The notes beneath the pieces were generated by a model. It ran no database searches and had not been told where the DNA came from. It saw only the letters and a program-made list of their open reading frames with translations. Positions 1-8,447 of a stretch of DNA of 64,000 bases are shown piece after piece. Source of the DNA: Ignavibacteria bacterium (lineage in GTDB: Bacteria; Bacteroidota; Ignavibacteria; UBA10030; SZUA-254). Positions within the stretch are counted from its first letter, which is position 1. Each line of letters opens with the position of its first letter. Both the position numbers and the translations under genes were made by a program. Location of the stretch: positions 18,170 to 82,169 of the forward strand of contig JANNFI010000089.1 of assembly GCA_031379665.1 (NCBI GenBank). Reading direction: 5' to 3'.

Positions 1-1152
1 GCCCGATGTAAGCTCGACCGGGTCGCTGATTTCCCCCGTTTTGATGGAATCCGCCACTTTCACCAGCTCGGCGTCGAACTGGTCCGCGGTCAGGCGGCCG
101 ACCAGCCCCCCGAGCGCCCCCGACTCCTTGTCGTCGGAATGCCTCCTCGCGAGGTCGGTGAATGGGACGCCCGACTTCACGCTGTCCTTCAGCGAGAGGA
201 GGAGGGTGATCGCCTCCGCGGTTGAGGTCGAATCGACCTCCGCGCGGAAGAGGATGTGCCGGGCGTTGACCTTGTCGCCGCGACGCTCGACCACCTGGAT
301 GATGTGGAACCCCCGGGACGTCTCGACGATTCCCGAGAGCTGACCCTCCTTGAGGGAGAAGACGATCTCCTCGAAATCGGGAACGAATTCGCCGCGCTTC
401 CAGAAGCCGAGGTCGCCCCCGGACGATGCCGTTGCCTTGTCCTCCGAATACAGTTTGGCGAGCGCCCCGAAGTCGGCGCCGAGGATGATCGAGTCGCGCA
501 CCATCGTGGCCTTCTTCACGATCGCCTCGCGCATCGCCACACTCACCCGGGGGAAACGAAAGATGTGGTAAATTTCCAGCTCCTCGGGGACCTCAGGCAG
601 ACTGTCCTTGTACGTGGCGAAGAATTCTTCCACCTCCCGGCGCGACACCTTCACGCCGTCGAAGCGGACCTGCTGGAGCTGCTGCGCGAGGATCTGCTTC
701 CGCATCTCGTCGCGGAACTCCCGCTTCATCCGGCTGACCGGCATGCCATAGAGCTCCTCGAGTTTCAGCTGCGTGCCGACCTGCGGGTGTGCGATCCGCT
801 GGGCGATCAGCTCGTCGAGGCGGGTCGAGATCTGGTCTTCGGTGACCTTGAGCGCGGTATCGCGCAACGCCTGGGCCAGCAGCAGCTTCTCGTTAATCAT
901 CGCATCGAGGACCTGCTCCTTCAACCCCGGGGTCTCCGGGTTGATGCGATTCGAGAGGGCGTAGAAATCGGTTTGGGCCTTCAGGTCGGAGAGGAAGATC
1001 GCCTCCTTCCCGACGACTGCGATGATCCTGTCGAGGTATTCGTCTTGTCCCGTGGCCTGCGCCGGGGCCGGAGCCGGGGAAAGGAGCGTCATCGCCGCTG
1101 CGACGGCGAGGATTGCGGTGGCGGGCCCCCTGGAACTGTCACTCCTGGTCAT
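1..1152 (-). CDS. SurA-like periplasmic chaperone / parvulin-type peptidyl-prolyl isomerase (C-terminal end beyond window start)
   Basis: Manual reverse translation gives MTRSDSSRGPATAILAVAAAMTLLSPAPAPAQA (signal peptide), then a SurA N-domain-like region and a rotamase core (GDLGFWKRGEFVPDFEEIVFSLKEGQLSGIVETSRGFHIIQVVERRG). The ATG at 1152 is preceded by an in-frame TGA. There is no stop inside the window, so it is absent from the ORF track. Confidence 0.75.
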   Translation of the reverse strand, partial: MTRSDSSRGPATAILAVAAAMTLLSPAPAPAQATGQDEYLDRIIAVVGKEAIFLSDLKAQTDFYALSNRINPETPGLKEQVLDAMINEKLLLAQALRDTALKVTEDQISTRLDELIAQRIAHPQVGTQLKLEELYGMPVSRMKREFRDEMRKQILAQQLQQVRFDGVKVSRREVEEFFATYKDSLPEVPEELEIYHIFRFPRVSVAMREAIVKKATMVRDSIILGADFGALAKLYSEDKATASSGGDLGFWKRGEFVPDFEEIVFSLKEGQLSGIVETSRGFHIIQVVERRGDKVNARHILFRAEVDSTSTAEAITLLLSLKDSVKSGVPFTDLARRHSDDKESGALGGLVGRLTADQFDAELVKVADSIKTGEISDPVELTSG

Positions 1153-2011
1153 TGGTATCGGTGGATCCTTTCCGACGCCTGGCGTCATTCATGTTCAATT
1201 CAACACCGTATCTCTCACGGAGAGTTCCGAGCAGGGCTTCGAGCCGTGAGCGGCGGTTCTCGATCAACACCCGGTGGAGCACTTCGTCGCGCACGAGGTC
1301 GAATTCGTTTGTTTTCCCGGCGGGGGCCAGCGCGAGATACTGGAGTACGGTGTAACCGCCGACCGTCTTCACGGGAAAGGACACTTCACCGGGGCCGAGC
1401 GGTCCGGCCACTTTCCAGAGTTCCGGGGGATAGAGGGTGGATCGGGTGTACCACCCATCCGGGACCAATGAAATGAGCTCCTGCGACATTTTCGGGTCTT
1501 TCCTGACCGTATCGAGGACCGTCGTCCAGCCTCTGGCCGGCGTCACCGACACGGAAAACCTCCTGGCAAAATCCCTCCCGCGGAAGGTGACGAGCCGGAG
1601 TTTCAGGTGGTTCTCGGCGATCGTGAATTCGTCCGGGTGGGCGGTGAAATATGACCGGAGGGTGTCTTCGCCGAACGACGCCGTGTCGCCGTAGATCAGC
1701 CGGTCGAGGAGCTCCTGGTTGGCGAGCTGGCGTTGCACCACGTTCAGCCGGGCGCTGAAGCCGGGGTCGTCCTCGATCCCGAGCCGGAGCGCCTCCTGGT
1801 GCAGGAGTTCCGAGGTCACCCACGACGAGGCGTACCGCGTGACCCGCTCGTCCAGATCCGCGGCCGTTGTGTCGAGGTCGGCCCTGGCCGCTTCGAGCGT
1901 GAGCATTGCGTCGCCCACCCGCGCGATCACCGTAACCTCCGGCTCGGTGGTACAGCCGCCGGCGAGCAGGGCGATCACGATGATCAGGTAGGAGACCGGG
2001 ACGATGTTCAT
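1139..2011 (-). CDS. SurA N-terminal-domain lipoprotein chaperone (no rotamase domain)
   Basis: 290-aa ORF with a lipoprotein signal (LLAGGC). Similarity to SurA_N/PpiD-like chaperones is by eye. Its stop overlaps the downstream surA-like start, and its start overlaps the upstream PPIase stop (ATGA at 2008-2011). Confidence 0.6.
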   Translation of the reverse strand: MNIVPVSYLIIVIALLAGGCTTEPEVTVIARVGDAMLTLEAARADLDTTAADLDERVTRYASSWVTSELLHQEALRLGIEDDPGFSARLNVVQRQLANQELLDRLIYGDTASFGEDTLRSYFTAHPDEFTIAENHLKLRLVTFRGRDFARRFSVSVTPARGWTTVLDTVRKDPKMSQELISLVPDGWYTRSTLYPPELWKVAGPLGPGEVSFPVKTVGGYTVLQYLALAPAGKTNEFDLVRDEVLHRVLIENRRSRLEALLGTLRERYGVELNMNDARRRKGSTDTNDQE

Positions 2012-4023
2012 TTCATCGGCGGAAACGCGTGCTTGAGGAGTTCCCGGTGCTGGACCACCGGATGCTTCAGCTTGACCCTCTCGATCCAGAGGCCTTCGAG
2101 CCTCTTCGACTCGGCATCCTGGAAGGCGTTGGAGAGTTCGGCGCCCGCCTGTTCAAAGGTCTTCTGCTTCGGGGGATCCTTCGCTATCAATTTCACGATC
2201 ATCGTGATCCCGTCCCCCACCGACAGCGGCTCGGAGACATCGCCGACGTTCATCCCCGCGAGCATTTCCGTGACCTCGTCCTGGTTCGCCGGCTGCGGTG
2301 CGCTGAGGCCCCCGTTCGCCCTGATCGAATCGTCGAAGTTGTGCACACGGGCGAGCGTCGTAAAGTCCGCCCCGCGCGTGAGTGAATCGAGGATGATCAG
2401 CGCGAGTGTGTCGCTCTCGAAATTCATCTCGGCGTAGGTCACCTTCGCCGGGATATTGAAATCCGACATATGCGAGTACCAGTAGAGCTGGAGGGCCGAA
2501 TCGGAGACGCTGACGTTATTCCACACCTCGAGCTGTTCCGCCCTGTAGAGCACGATGCCGTCGCGGTAATCGCGCATCAGCGCGCCAAACTCCGGCGAGC
2601 GCTCCTCGAGCCCCCTCGACTGCGCGTCGAGGAGGATCGTTTCGGAGATTTTCCTGAACTGCTTCTCGAGATCGCCCCTGCGCAGGAGCGTGTTCTGGAG
2701 CTCGGGTCGGTTCAGGAGCATCGAGAGCGACGTGTCGACGCTGTACATCATGCTGTCCACCGTGAACAGGGGAGCGCTCCGGATCGACGCGGTCAGCTTG
2801 GCGTCCCAGCCGCTGTCCTGCGTGGTCGTGTTCGAATCGAGGACGTTGAGCAGCGATGAAAACGTCCCTTCCTGGAAGGCGTAATTGAATTTTTTCATCA
2901 ACCCGGCGATGTAGGAGTTGAAATCGTCGGTGAACCTGATCTGCTGGTACTGTTTCTTGAGGGGATCCCCCTGCTGCGAACGCATCTCGGCGTACGAAGG
3001 CAACGGCTTCGCGCTGTCGCACTTGATCAGGTGATACCCGTAGGGGGTCTTAACCAACGGTGAAACCTCACCCGGCTTCAGAAGGAACGACGCCTCGTCG
3101 AACGGCTGGACGTAGCGTTTCCGTTCGAACCATCCGAGGTCCCCGCCACGCGACGCGCTGCCCTGGTCCTCGGACGCGGCCGTCGCGAGCTGAGCGAAGT
3201 CGACTCCCTTCGCGAGGCTGTCCTGCCAGGCGCTGATCTTCGCGAGCGCCGAGGCCGTGTCGCCGGTGTCGGTCGGAGAGGTCTTCACGAGGGCCATGAT
3301 GTGGCGCACCTTAATCGACCCGCGGACGGGCTGCCGGGCCGTGATCTTCAGAACGTGGTAACCGAACGAGGTGCGCATAGGGACGGTCGAGATCTCATTC
3401 AATTTCATCGCGTATGCCCCGTTCTCGAACGGTATCACCATCTGTCCCCCGGTGAAGAAATAGAGGTCGCCACGGTTCGACTTCGCCGTCGGGTCTTCCG
3501 ATTCCGCCATCACGAGCGAATCGAAATCCGCGCCGGCCTTCAGCTTCGCGATCAGGTCCATCGCCTTGGCGTACGCCTTGAGGGTGTCGGCCGGCGAGGC
3601 CTCGGGCTTCACGGCGACGAGGATGTGTTTCCCGCGGATCTCTTCGGTCTTCCGGTCGTAGAGCAGTTTGATCCCCGGTTCCGTGATTTCCTTCTCGATG
3701 ATGTACGTGGCGGCGAGGCTCGCTCGATAGTCGCGTAGTTCGACCTCGACCTCGGGATCGGCGGCGATATCCCTGTCGGCCGCGTCCTGAAGTTTCAATC
3801 TGTACCGGGTCAGCAGGTCGAGGAAACGTTCGCGTTCCGCCATCGGGGTATTGGAGAGAGTATCCGCCGTGCTGCTGTTCCTGGCGAAGAAATTCTCATA
3901 CTCGTTGAGCGTGATCTTCGAGGACCCGACCTCGAGGAGGACCGATTCGCCGACCTTGGGGGAACAGGCGCCGAGCAGGAACGCAGCCAGAACCGCCGCG
4001 ATGGATGCGGATTTAACGACCAT
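2008..4023 (-). CDS. PpiC/parvulin-type peptidyl-prolyl cis-trans isomerase with two rotamase domains, lipoprotein
   Basis: 736-aa ORF with two parvulin cores (GKHILVAVK...FGYHVLKI and GGDLGWFERKRY...YGYHLIKC). The likely start is the ATG at 4023 (MVVKSASIAAVLAAFLLGAC lipobox). The upstream extension lacks a signal peptide. Confidence 0.75.
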   Translation of the reverse strand: MVVKSASIAAVLAAFLLGACSPKVGESVLLEVGSSKITLNEYENFFARNSSTADTLSNTPMAERERFLDLLTRYRLKLQDAADRDIAADPEVEVELRDYRASLAATYIIEKEITEPGIKLLYDRKTEEIRGKHILVAVKPEASPADTLKAYAKAMDLIAKLKAGADFDSLVMAESEDPTAKSNRGDLYFFTGGQMVIPFENGAYAMKLNEISTVPMRTSFGYHVLKITARQPVRGSIKVRHIMALVKTSPTDTGDTASALAKISAWQDSLAKGVDFAQLATAASEDQGSASRGGDLGWFERKRYVQPFDEASFLLKPGEVSPLVKTPYGYHLIKCDSAKPLPSYAEMRSQQGDPLKKQYQQIRFTDDFNSYIAGLMKKFNYAFQEGTFSSLLNVLDSNTTTQDSGWDAKLTASIRSAPLFTVDSMMYSVDTSLSMLLNRPELQNTLLRRGDLEKQFRKISETILLDAQSRGLEERSPEFGALMRDYRDGIVLYRAEQLEVWNNVSVSDSALQLYWYSHMSDFNIPAKVTYAEMNFESDTLALIILDSLTRGADFTTLARVHNFDDSIRANGGLSAPQPANQDEVTEMLAGMNVGDVSEPLSVGDGITMIVKLIAKDPPKQKTFEQAGAELSNAFQDAESKRLEGLWIERVKLKHPVVQHRELLKHAFPPMK

Positions 4024-4189
4024 TGGTGAAATTCCTTTCGTTGTGCGGATTAGGGGTGAAATGCCCTGAAATAGATATAAATAATAGCAAAATATAGGAA
4101 AAAATACAAGGTTTTGGGAGTCTGATCGTTGGATGGTGCGGCAGGATGTGGCAAAATCAACTGACTGAGGCGGAGCCAGTCCGACGGTC

Positions 4190-4232
4190 GTAAAAATAAA
4201 AAAGGCGGCCGCACCCAAAAAGGCGACCGCCC
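4190..4232 (-). terminator. Rho-independent terminator after the 4254-4961 gene
   Basis: On the minus strand GGCGGTCGCC/GCGGCCGCC form a GC-rich hairpin followed by TTTTTTATTTTT, about 20 nt past the stop. Confidence 0.55.
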
Positions 4233-4253
4233 GATATCAGGGGGAAGGACGTA

Positions 4254-4961
4254 TCAGTTGCAGAGCGCTCCGGACCAGGTCCCGCCCGGGTCCCCGAAAT
4301 ACTGGCCGCTCACGGTGTGGGCGGTCGGATTCAACACCCCCGTCGCTACGACGATGGCCGTGTTCTCGGGATTGTAGATCGAGATGACGTTCTCGGCGTT
4401 GATTGACCCGGTCGTGGCGAAGGCCGAGCCGCCGCCGTCGTCCGGATATACAAGCACGTAAATCGCAGTCCCGTTGACCGTCATGTTGAAATATCCGGTC
4501 TCGGTCCCCGGGGTATTGTCCTGGTACCGTCCGCAATACGACTGGGTGTTTGCCGAAGTTCCCTCTTCGCAATTGAAGATGCCGCCGCCGCCGGCGTAGG
4601 TGAAGGTGCCGGTGATCCCGTCAGCGGTGACAATGCCGTCGAAGGTGTACCCGCCGCCGGTGAGATGGATCGCGCCCGTGGCGACGATGTAGTGACCGGT
4701 GAGGGGGATGGTGGCCCCGCCGTTGATTTTCAACGTTGCGGTGACTTCGACCGTGTCGCCGGGCTCGGCAGATGGTGTGAAGACGCGCTTCGCGGTCGGT
4801 ATGACGATGCTGAGCGTACCGGAGACTCCGGTACCTGCCATCACGCCGACGTAACTCGTGGATGTTGGACCAGCCGGACCGGCCGGATTCTCCTCATCCT
4901 TGCATCCGCCGAGGATCAGCGCGAATATCGCAAGGAGGAGGAACAGGGATCGTAGCTTCAT
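4254..4961 (-). CDS. Gly/Thr-rich lipoprotein, hypothetical
   Basis: 235-aa ORF with MKLRSLFLLLAIFALILGGC lipobox. No recognisable domain. Confidence 0.6.
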   Translation of the reverse strand: MKLRSLFLLLAIFALILGGCKDEENPAGPAGPTSTSYVGVMAGTGVSGTLSIVIPTAKRVFTPSAEPGDTVEVTATLKINGGATIPLTGHYIVATGAIHLTGGGYTFDGIVTADGITGTFTYAGGGGIFNCEEGTSANTQSYCGRYQDNTPGTETGYFNMTVNGTAIYVLVYPDDGGGSAFATTGSINAENVISIYNPENTAIVVATGVLNPTAHTVSGQYFGDPGGTWSGALCN

Positions 4962-5127
4962 GTTGAAATTTCCTTATAGTGATGGTTGATGTGATAATGA
5001 CAACTCGCTGAATTTACAATTACCCCCGAATAATGTCAATATCTTCCGGCGGTGGGCGAAAAAAAATCGTCCGCCGCATCCTTCGCGATTCCTTGATTGA
5101 CTCTCCCCTTTTGGGTATATTTTTCAA

Positions 5128-5985
5128 TTGTCATCTGGAAATCAGCCCCCATTGAAGAAATTCGTCAATTTCGTCAAGATCGAGCATACGCTGTTCACCT
5201 TGCCGTTGATCTATTCCGGCGTCATCCTCGGCCTGGACGGGTCGCCCCGGTTTTCCCTCCTTCTCCTGGTCCTTCTCGCGGCGGTCGGCGCGCGCACCGC
5301 CGCGTTCGCCCTCAACCGGATCATCGACAGGAAGATCGACGCACAGAACCCCCGCACCGCCGGCCGCGAACTGCCGAGCGGCAGGATGTCCGTCCGGGAG
5401 GGGTACCTGGTACTCGCTCTCGGCTGCGCCGCCTACTTCGTTTCCGCCGCGGCGATCTCGACGTTCTGCCTCGCCCTTTCACCGATCCCGCTTGCGGTGT
5501 TCACTGTCTACCCCTACATGAAACGTTTCACCATCCTCGCGCATTTCGGCGTCGGGCTCGGAATGTCGATGGCGCCGCTGGGCGGCTACTTCGCCGCCGC
5601 GCAGTCGTTCAATAATATCATGCCGGCACTCTGGCTCTGCCTCTTCACGGTCTTCTGGGGCGCCGGGTTCGACATCATTTATGCCACGCTCGACGAGGAA
5701 TTCGACAGGCGCTTGAACCTTCGGTCGTTCGTCTCGCGCTTCGGCCGCGAGAAGGCGCTCCGCTGGTCGGCCGGCTTCCACCTCGCCGCGTTCGCGTTCC
5801 TCGCGATGCTCTTCGCCACCACGATCCGGTCGTGGTACGCCTCGCCGTTTCTCCTGCTCACCGGCGCGCTCCTCTGGGTCGAGCAGCGCCGCGCCGCAGA
5901 CGTCGACCTGGCGTTCTTCAGGATCAACGCCTGGCTTGGCTTCGTCGTCTTCGGGATGATCATCGCCGGCACGGTGATCCATTGA
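5128..5985 (+). CDS. UbiA-family aromatic prenyltransferase (MqnP-like candidate for menaquinone prenylation)
   Basis: Polytopic membrane protein with UbiA motifs (NRIIDRKIDAQNPRTAGR...YATLDEEFD). The TTG at 5128 is the track start. An in-frame TTG at 5152 gives MKKFVNFVKIEHTLF and is equally plausible. Confidence 0.8.
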   Translation: MSSGNQPPLKKFVNFVKIEHTLFTLPLIYSGVILGLDGSPRFSLLLLVLLAAVGARTAAFALNRIIDRKIDAQNPRTAGRELPSGRMSVREGYLVLALGCAAYFVSAAAISTFCLALSPIPLAVFTVYPYMKRFTILAHFGVGLGMSMAPLGGYFAAAQSFNNIMPALWLCLFTVFWGAGFDIIYATLDEEFDRRLNLRSFVSRFGREKALRWSAGFHLAAFAFLAMLFATTIRSWYASPFLLLTGALLWVEQRRAADVDLAFFRINAWLGFVVFGMIIAGTVIH

Positions 5986-6533
5986 GGATCGTCGTCGGCA
6001 TCACCGGATCGTCGGGCGCGGTCTACGCGCAGGACTTCCTGAAGCGCTGTCCGGGAGACAAGTTTTTAATTGTAAGCAAGTGGGGAAAAGCCTTGTTGAA
6101 AGACGAGCTGAAGATCAGCGAGAAGGACCTTCAGCCGTACGTGAAAAAGCAGTTCGCGGACGACGACCTCACCGCGCCGCTCGCCTCGGGCACGAACAGA
6201 TTCGACGCGTATGTCATCCTCCCCTGTTCAACCTCAACGCTGGGAAAGATCGCCTCCGGCATCGGAGACTCACTCATCACCAGGACCGCAGCCGTCGCCC
6301 TCAAGGAACGGTACAAACTCGTCCTCTGCATCCGCGAAACGCCCCTCTCGACCATCTCGCTCGAGCAGTGCGCGGCGCTTTCCCGGTCCGGCGTCGTCAT
6401 CATGCCGGTTTCACCGCCCCTCTATTATAAGCCGGACACGGTACAGGAATACGTCGCCGGGTTCGTGGACAGGGTCCTGCACGTCATCGGCGCCGGCAGC
6501 GGCAGGGGCTGGCGTTCCGAAGAGTTGGAGTAA
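5982..6533 (+). CDS. ubiX: UbiX-family flavin prenyltransferase
   Basis: RIVVGITGSSGAVYA...ILPCSTSTLGKIASGIGDSLITRTAAVALKE is the canonical UbiX/Pad1 fold. A TTG start at 5982 overlaps the UbiA stop (5983-5985). The longer track ORF from 5832 would overlap ubiA. Confidence 0.85.
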   Translation: MRIVVGITGSSGAVYAQDFLKRCPGDKFLIVSKWGKALLKDELKISEKDLQPYVKKQFADDDLTAPLASGTNRFDAYVILPCSTSTLGKIASGIGDSLITRTAAVALKERYKLVLCIRETPLSTISLEQCAALSRSGVVIMPVSPPLYYKPDTVQEYVAGFVDRVLHVIGAGSGRGWRSEELE

Positions 6534-6538
6534 CCCCG

Positions 6539-8377
6539 ATGGCGCTCAGGGAATACCTGCGGCTCCTCGAGTCGAAGGGGCAGCTCCACCGCACTTCCGT
6601 CGAAATCGATCCGGTCCTTGAACTCACTGAAATCTCCACCCGCGCGCTGAAGGAGGGGAAACCAGCCCTTCTGGTCGAACGACCGCGCGGGGCAGCGTTC
6701 CCTTTGGTCGTCAACCATTTTTCGAACGACGAGCGGATCCGGCTCGCCCTCGGCGAAGACCCGGACCCCCTCGGGGAGGCGCTCGTCCGGTTCGCCGAAC
6801 GAATCTTTCCCCCCTCATTGAAAATCGTCCGCAGCGAGTGGTCGATGGTCCGCCGGGCGTTGAACGCCAGACCGAAGGATTCATCGGGCCCCGCGCTCAG
6901 CCAGCAGAACGTCGTCTCCCCCGACCTCGGCCGGCTTCCGATACAACAATGCTGGCCCGGCGACGGCGGGAAATTCATCACCTACGGCCAGGTACACACC
7001 GCCGACCCGGAAAACGGAAAGAGAAACATCGGGATCTACCGGATGCACGTCTTCGATGCTCGCACCACCGGGATGCACTGGCAGATCCAGAAAGGCGGCG
7101 GTTTCCACTATTATAAATCCGAAAAGGCGGGGCGCGGCCTCGAGGTCGCTGTCGCACTCGGCACCGATCCGGCGCTCCTGTTCGCGACGATCGCCGCCCT
7201 TCCCGAGGGGATCGACGAGGCGATGTTCGCCGGCTTTTTAATGAACAAAAGGATTGAGTTTGCGCGGGGAAAGACCATCAACCTCCCGGTGCCGGCGTCT
7301 GCGGAGTTCATCCTGGAGGGGGTAGTCCCCACGGGCGAACGCCGGATGGAAGGACCGTTCGGCGACCACTTCGGGCATTATTCGGCCGCGTCCGAATTCC
7401 CGGTGTTCCATATCCGTACCATCACGCACCGCAACGACCCCGTGTATCCGGCGATCGTCGTTGGGAAGCCGCCGATGGAGGACAAATTCCTCGGCGACGC
7501 GACGCAGAAAATCCTCGGGCCGCTGATAAAGCTCATCCATAAGGAGGTCACGGGACTCTGGGCATACTACGAGGCGGGCTTTCACAATTTACTCGTCGTC
7601 TCGATCGAACAGCGCTATCAAAAAGAGGCGCTCAAAGCCGCGCTCGGCATCATGGGCACCGACCAGCTCTCCCTCACGAAGTGCATCGTCACGGTGTCGG
7701 CCGGCGTCGACCCGCGCGACTGGGATGGTGTGCTCCGTGAACTCCGCGAGCATTTCGATCCGCATCACGACTTCGTGATGATCCCGAAGGTCCCGCTCGA
7801 CACGCTCGACTTCACGAGTTTCACGATGAACCTCGGGAGTAAAATGATCATCGACGCGACCCGCAAGCCGGGTCGGACTGCGGCGGACAGGAGCGTGCCA
7901 GGCGGCGGTACCAGCGGGGAAGACCGTACGGGGGATCGCGGTGACGCTTCAAACCGGGGACACGGATCGGCATTTTCCGAAGCGATCGTTCGCGACGCCC
8001 GGTCGTTCGACTCCCGCATCGTCGACGCCGCGTTCCCCCAGTCGACCATTCTGCTCGTCAAGGTCTCCTCGGGTGGCAGGGAGATCGTCGAAAAGCTGGT
8101 TCGCGACCCGCGCTTCGCGATGATCCCGGTCATCGCCGCGGTGAGCGACGACGTGGACATTCACGACCGGGAGAGTTATATTTGGGGAGTTTTCACACGG
8201 TTCGACTGCGAAAGGGACGTCATTTTCACCGAAAGCCGGCTGATCGGCATTTCGCCGGTCTATAAAGGGGCGATGGGGATCGACGCGACGTGGAAGCCGG
8301 GCTATCCCAAACCCCTCGTGATGGACGACGACATCGTCCGCCGCGTGGACGAAATGTGGGGCAAGCTCTGGAAATGA
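6539..8377 (+). CDS. ubiD: UbiD-family (prFMN-dependent) aromatic decarboxylase
   Basis: 612 aa with UbiD-like N-terminal and central domains. A Gly/Arg/Asp-rich low-complexity insert (RKPGRTAADRSVPGGGTSGEDRTGDRGDASNRGHGS) precedes the C-terminal domain. Confidence 0.85.
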   Translation: MALREYLRLLESKGQLHRTSVEIDPVLELTEISTRALKEGKPALLVERPRGAAFPLVVNHFSNDERIRLALGEDPDPLGEALVRFAERIFPPSLKIVRSEWSMVRRALNARPKDSSGPALSQQNVVSPDLGRLPIQQCWPGDGGKFITYGQVHTADPENGKRNIGIYRMHVFDARTTGMHWQIQKGGGFHYYKSEKAGRGLEVAVALGTDPALLFATIAALPEGIDEAMFAGFLMNKRIEFARGKTINLPVPASAEFILEGVVPTGERRMEGPFGDHFGHYSAASEFPVFHIRTITHRNDPVYPAIVVGKPPMEDKFLGDATQKILGPLIKLIHKEVTGLWAYYEAGFHNLLVVSIEQRYQKEALKAALGIMGTDQLSLTKCIVTVSAGVDPRDWDGVLRELREHFDPHHDFVMIPKVPLDTLDFTSFTMNLGSKMIIDATRKPGRTAADRSVPGGGTSGEDRTGDRGDASNRGHGSAFSEAIVRDARSFDSRIVDAAFPQSTILLVKVSSGGREIVEKLVRDPRFAMIPVIAAVSDDVDIHDRESYIWGVFTRFDCERDVIFTESRLIGISPVYKGAMGIDATWKPGYPKPLVMDDDIVRRVDEMWGKLWK

Positions 8378-8447
8378 TCTGGAAGTAACCGCGGCCCCAC
8401 CGGCCTCGAGTCTCGACAGTATTTCGAAAGAAGAAACAGACGCACAG

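Noticed and set aside
256-1476. 406-aa plus-strand ORF opposite the surA-like genes
   Set aside because: It is antisense to two well-supported chaperone genes. The sequence is low-complexity and Arg/Gly/Asp-rich, as expected for spurious frames in GC-rich DNA.
5832-6533. Long N-terminal extension of the UbiX ORF (start at 5832)
   Set aside because: The extension overlaps the ubiA 3' end in another frame and encodes Arg/Pro-rich sequence. The conserved UbiX N-terminus begins at the TTG at 5982.
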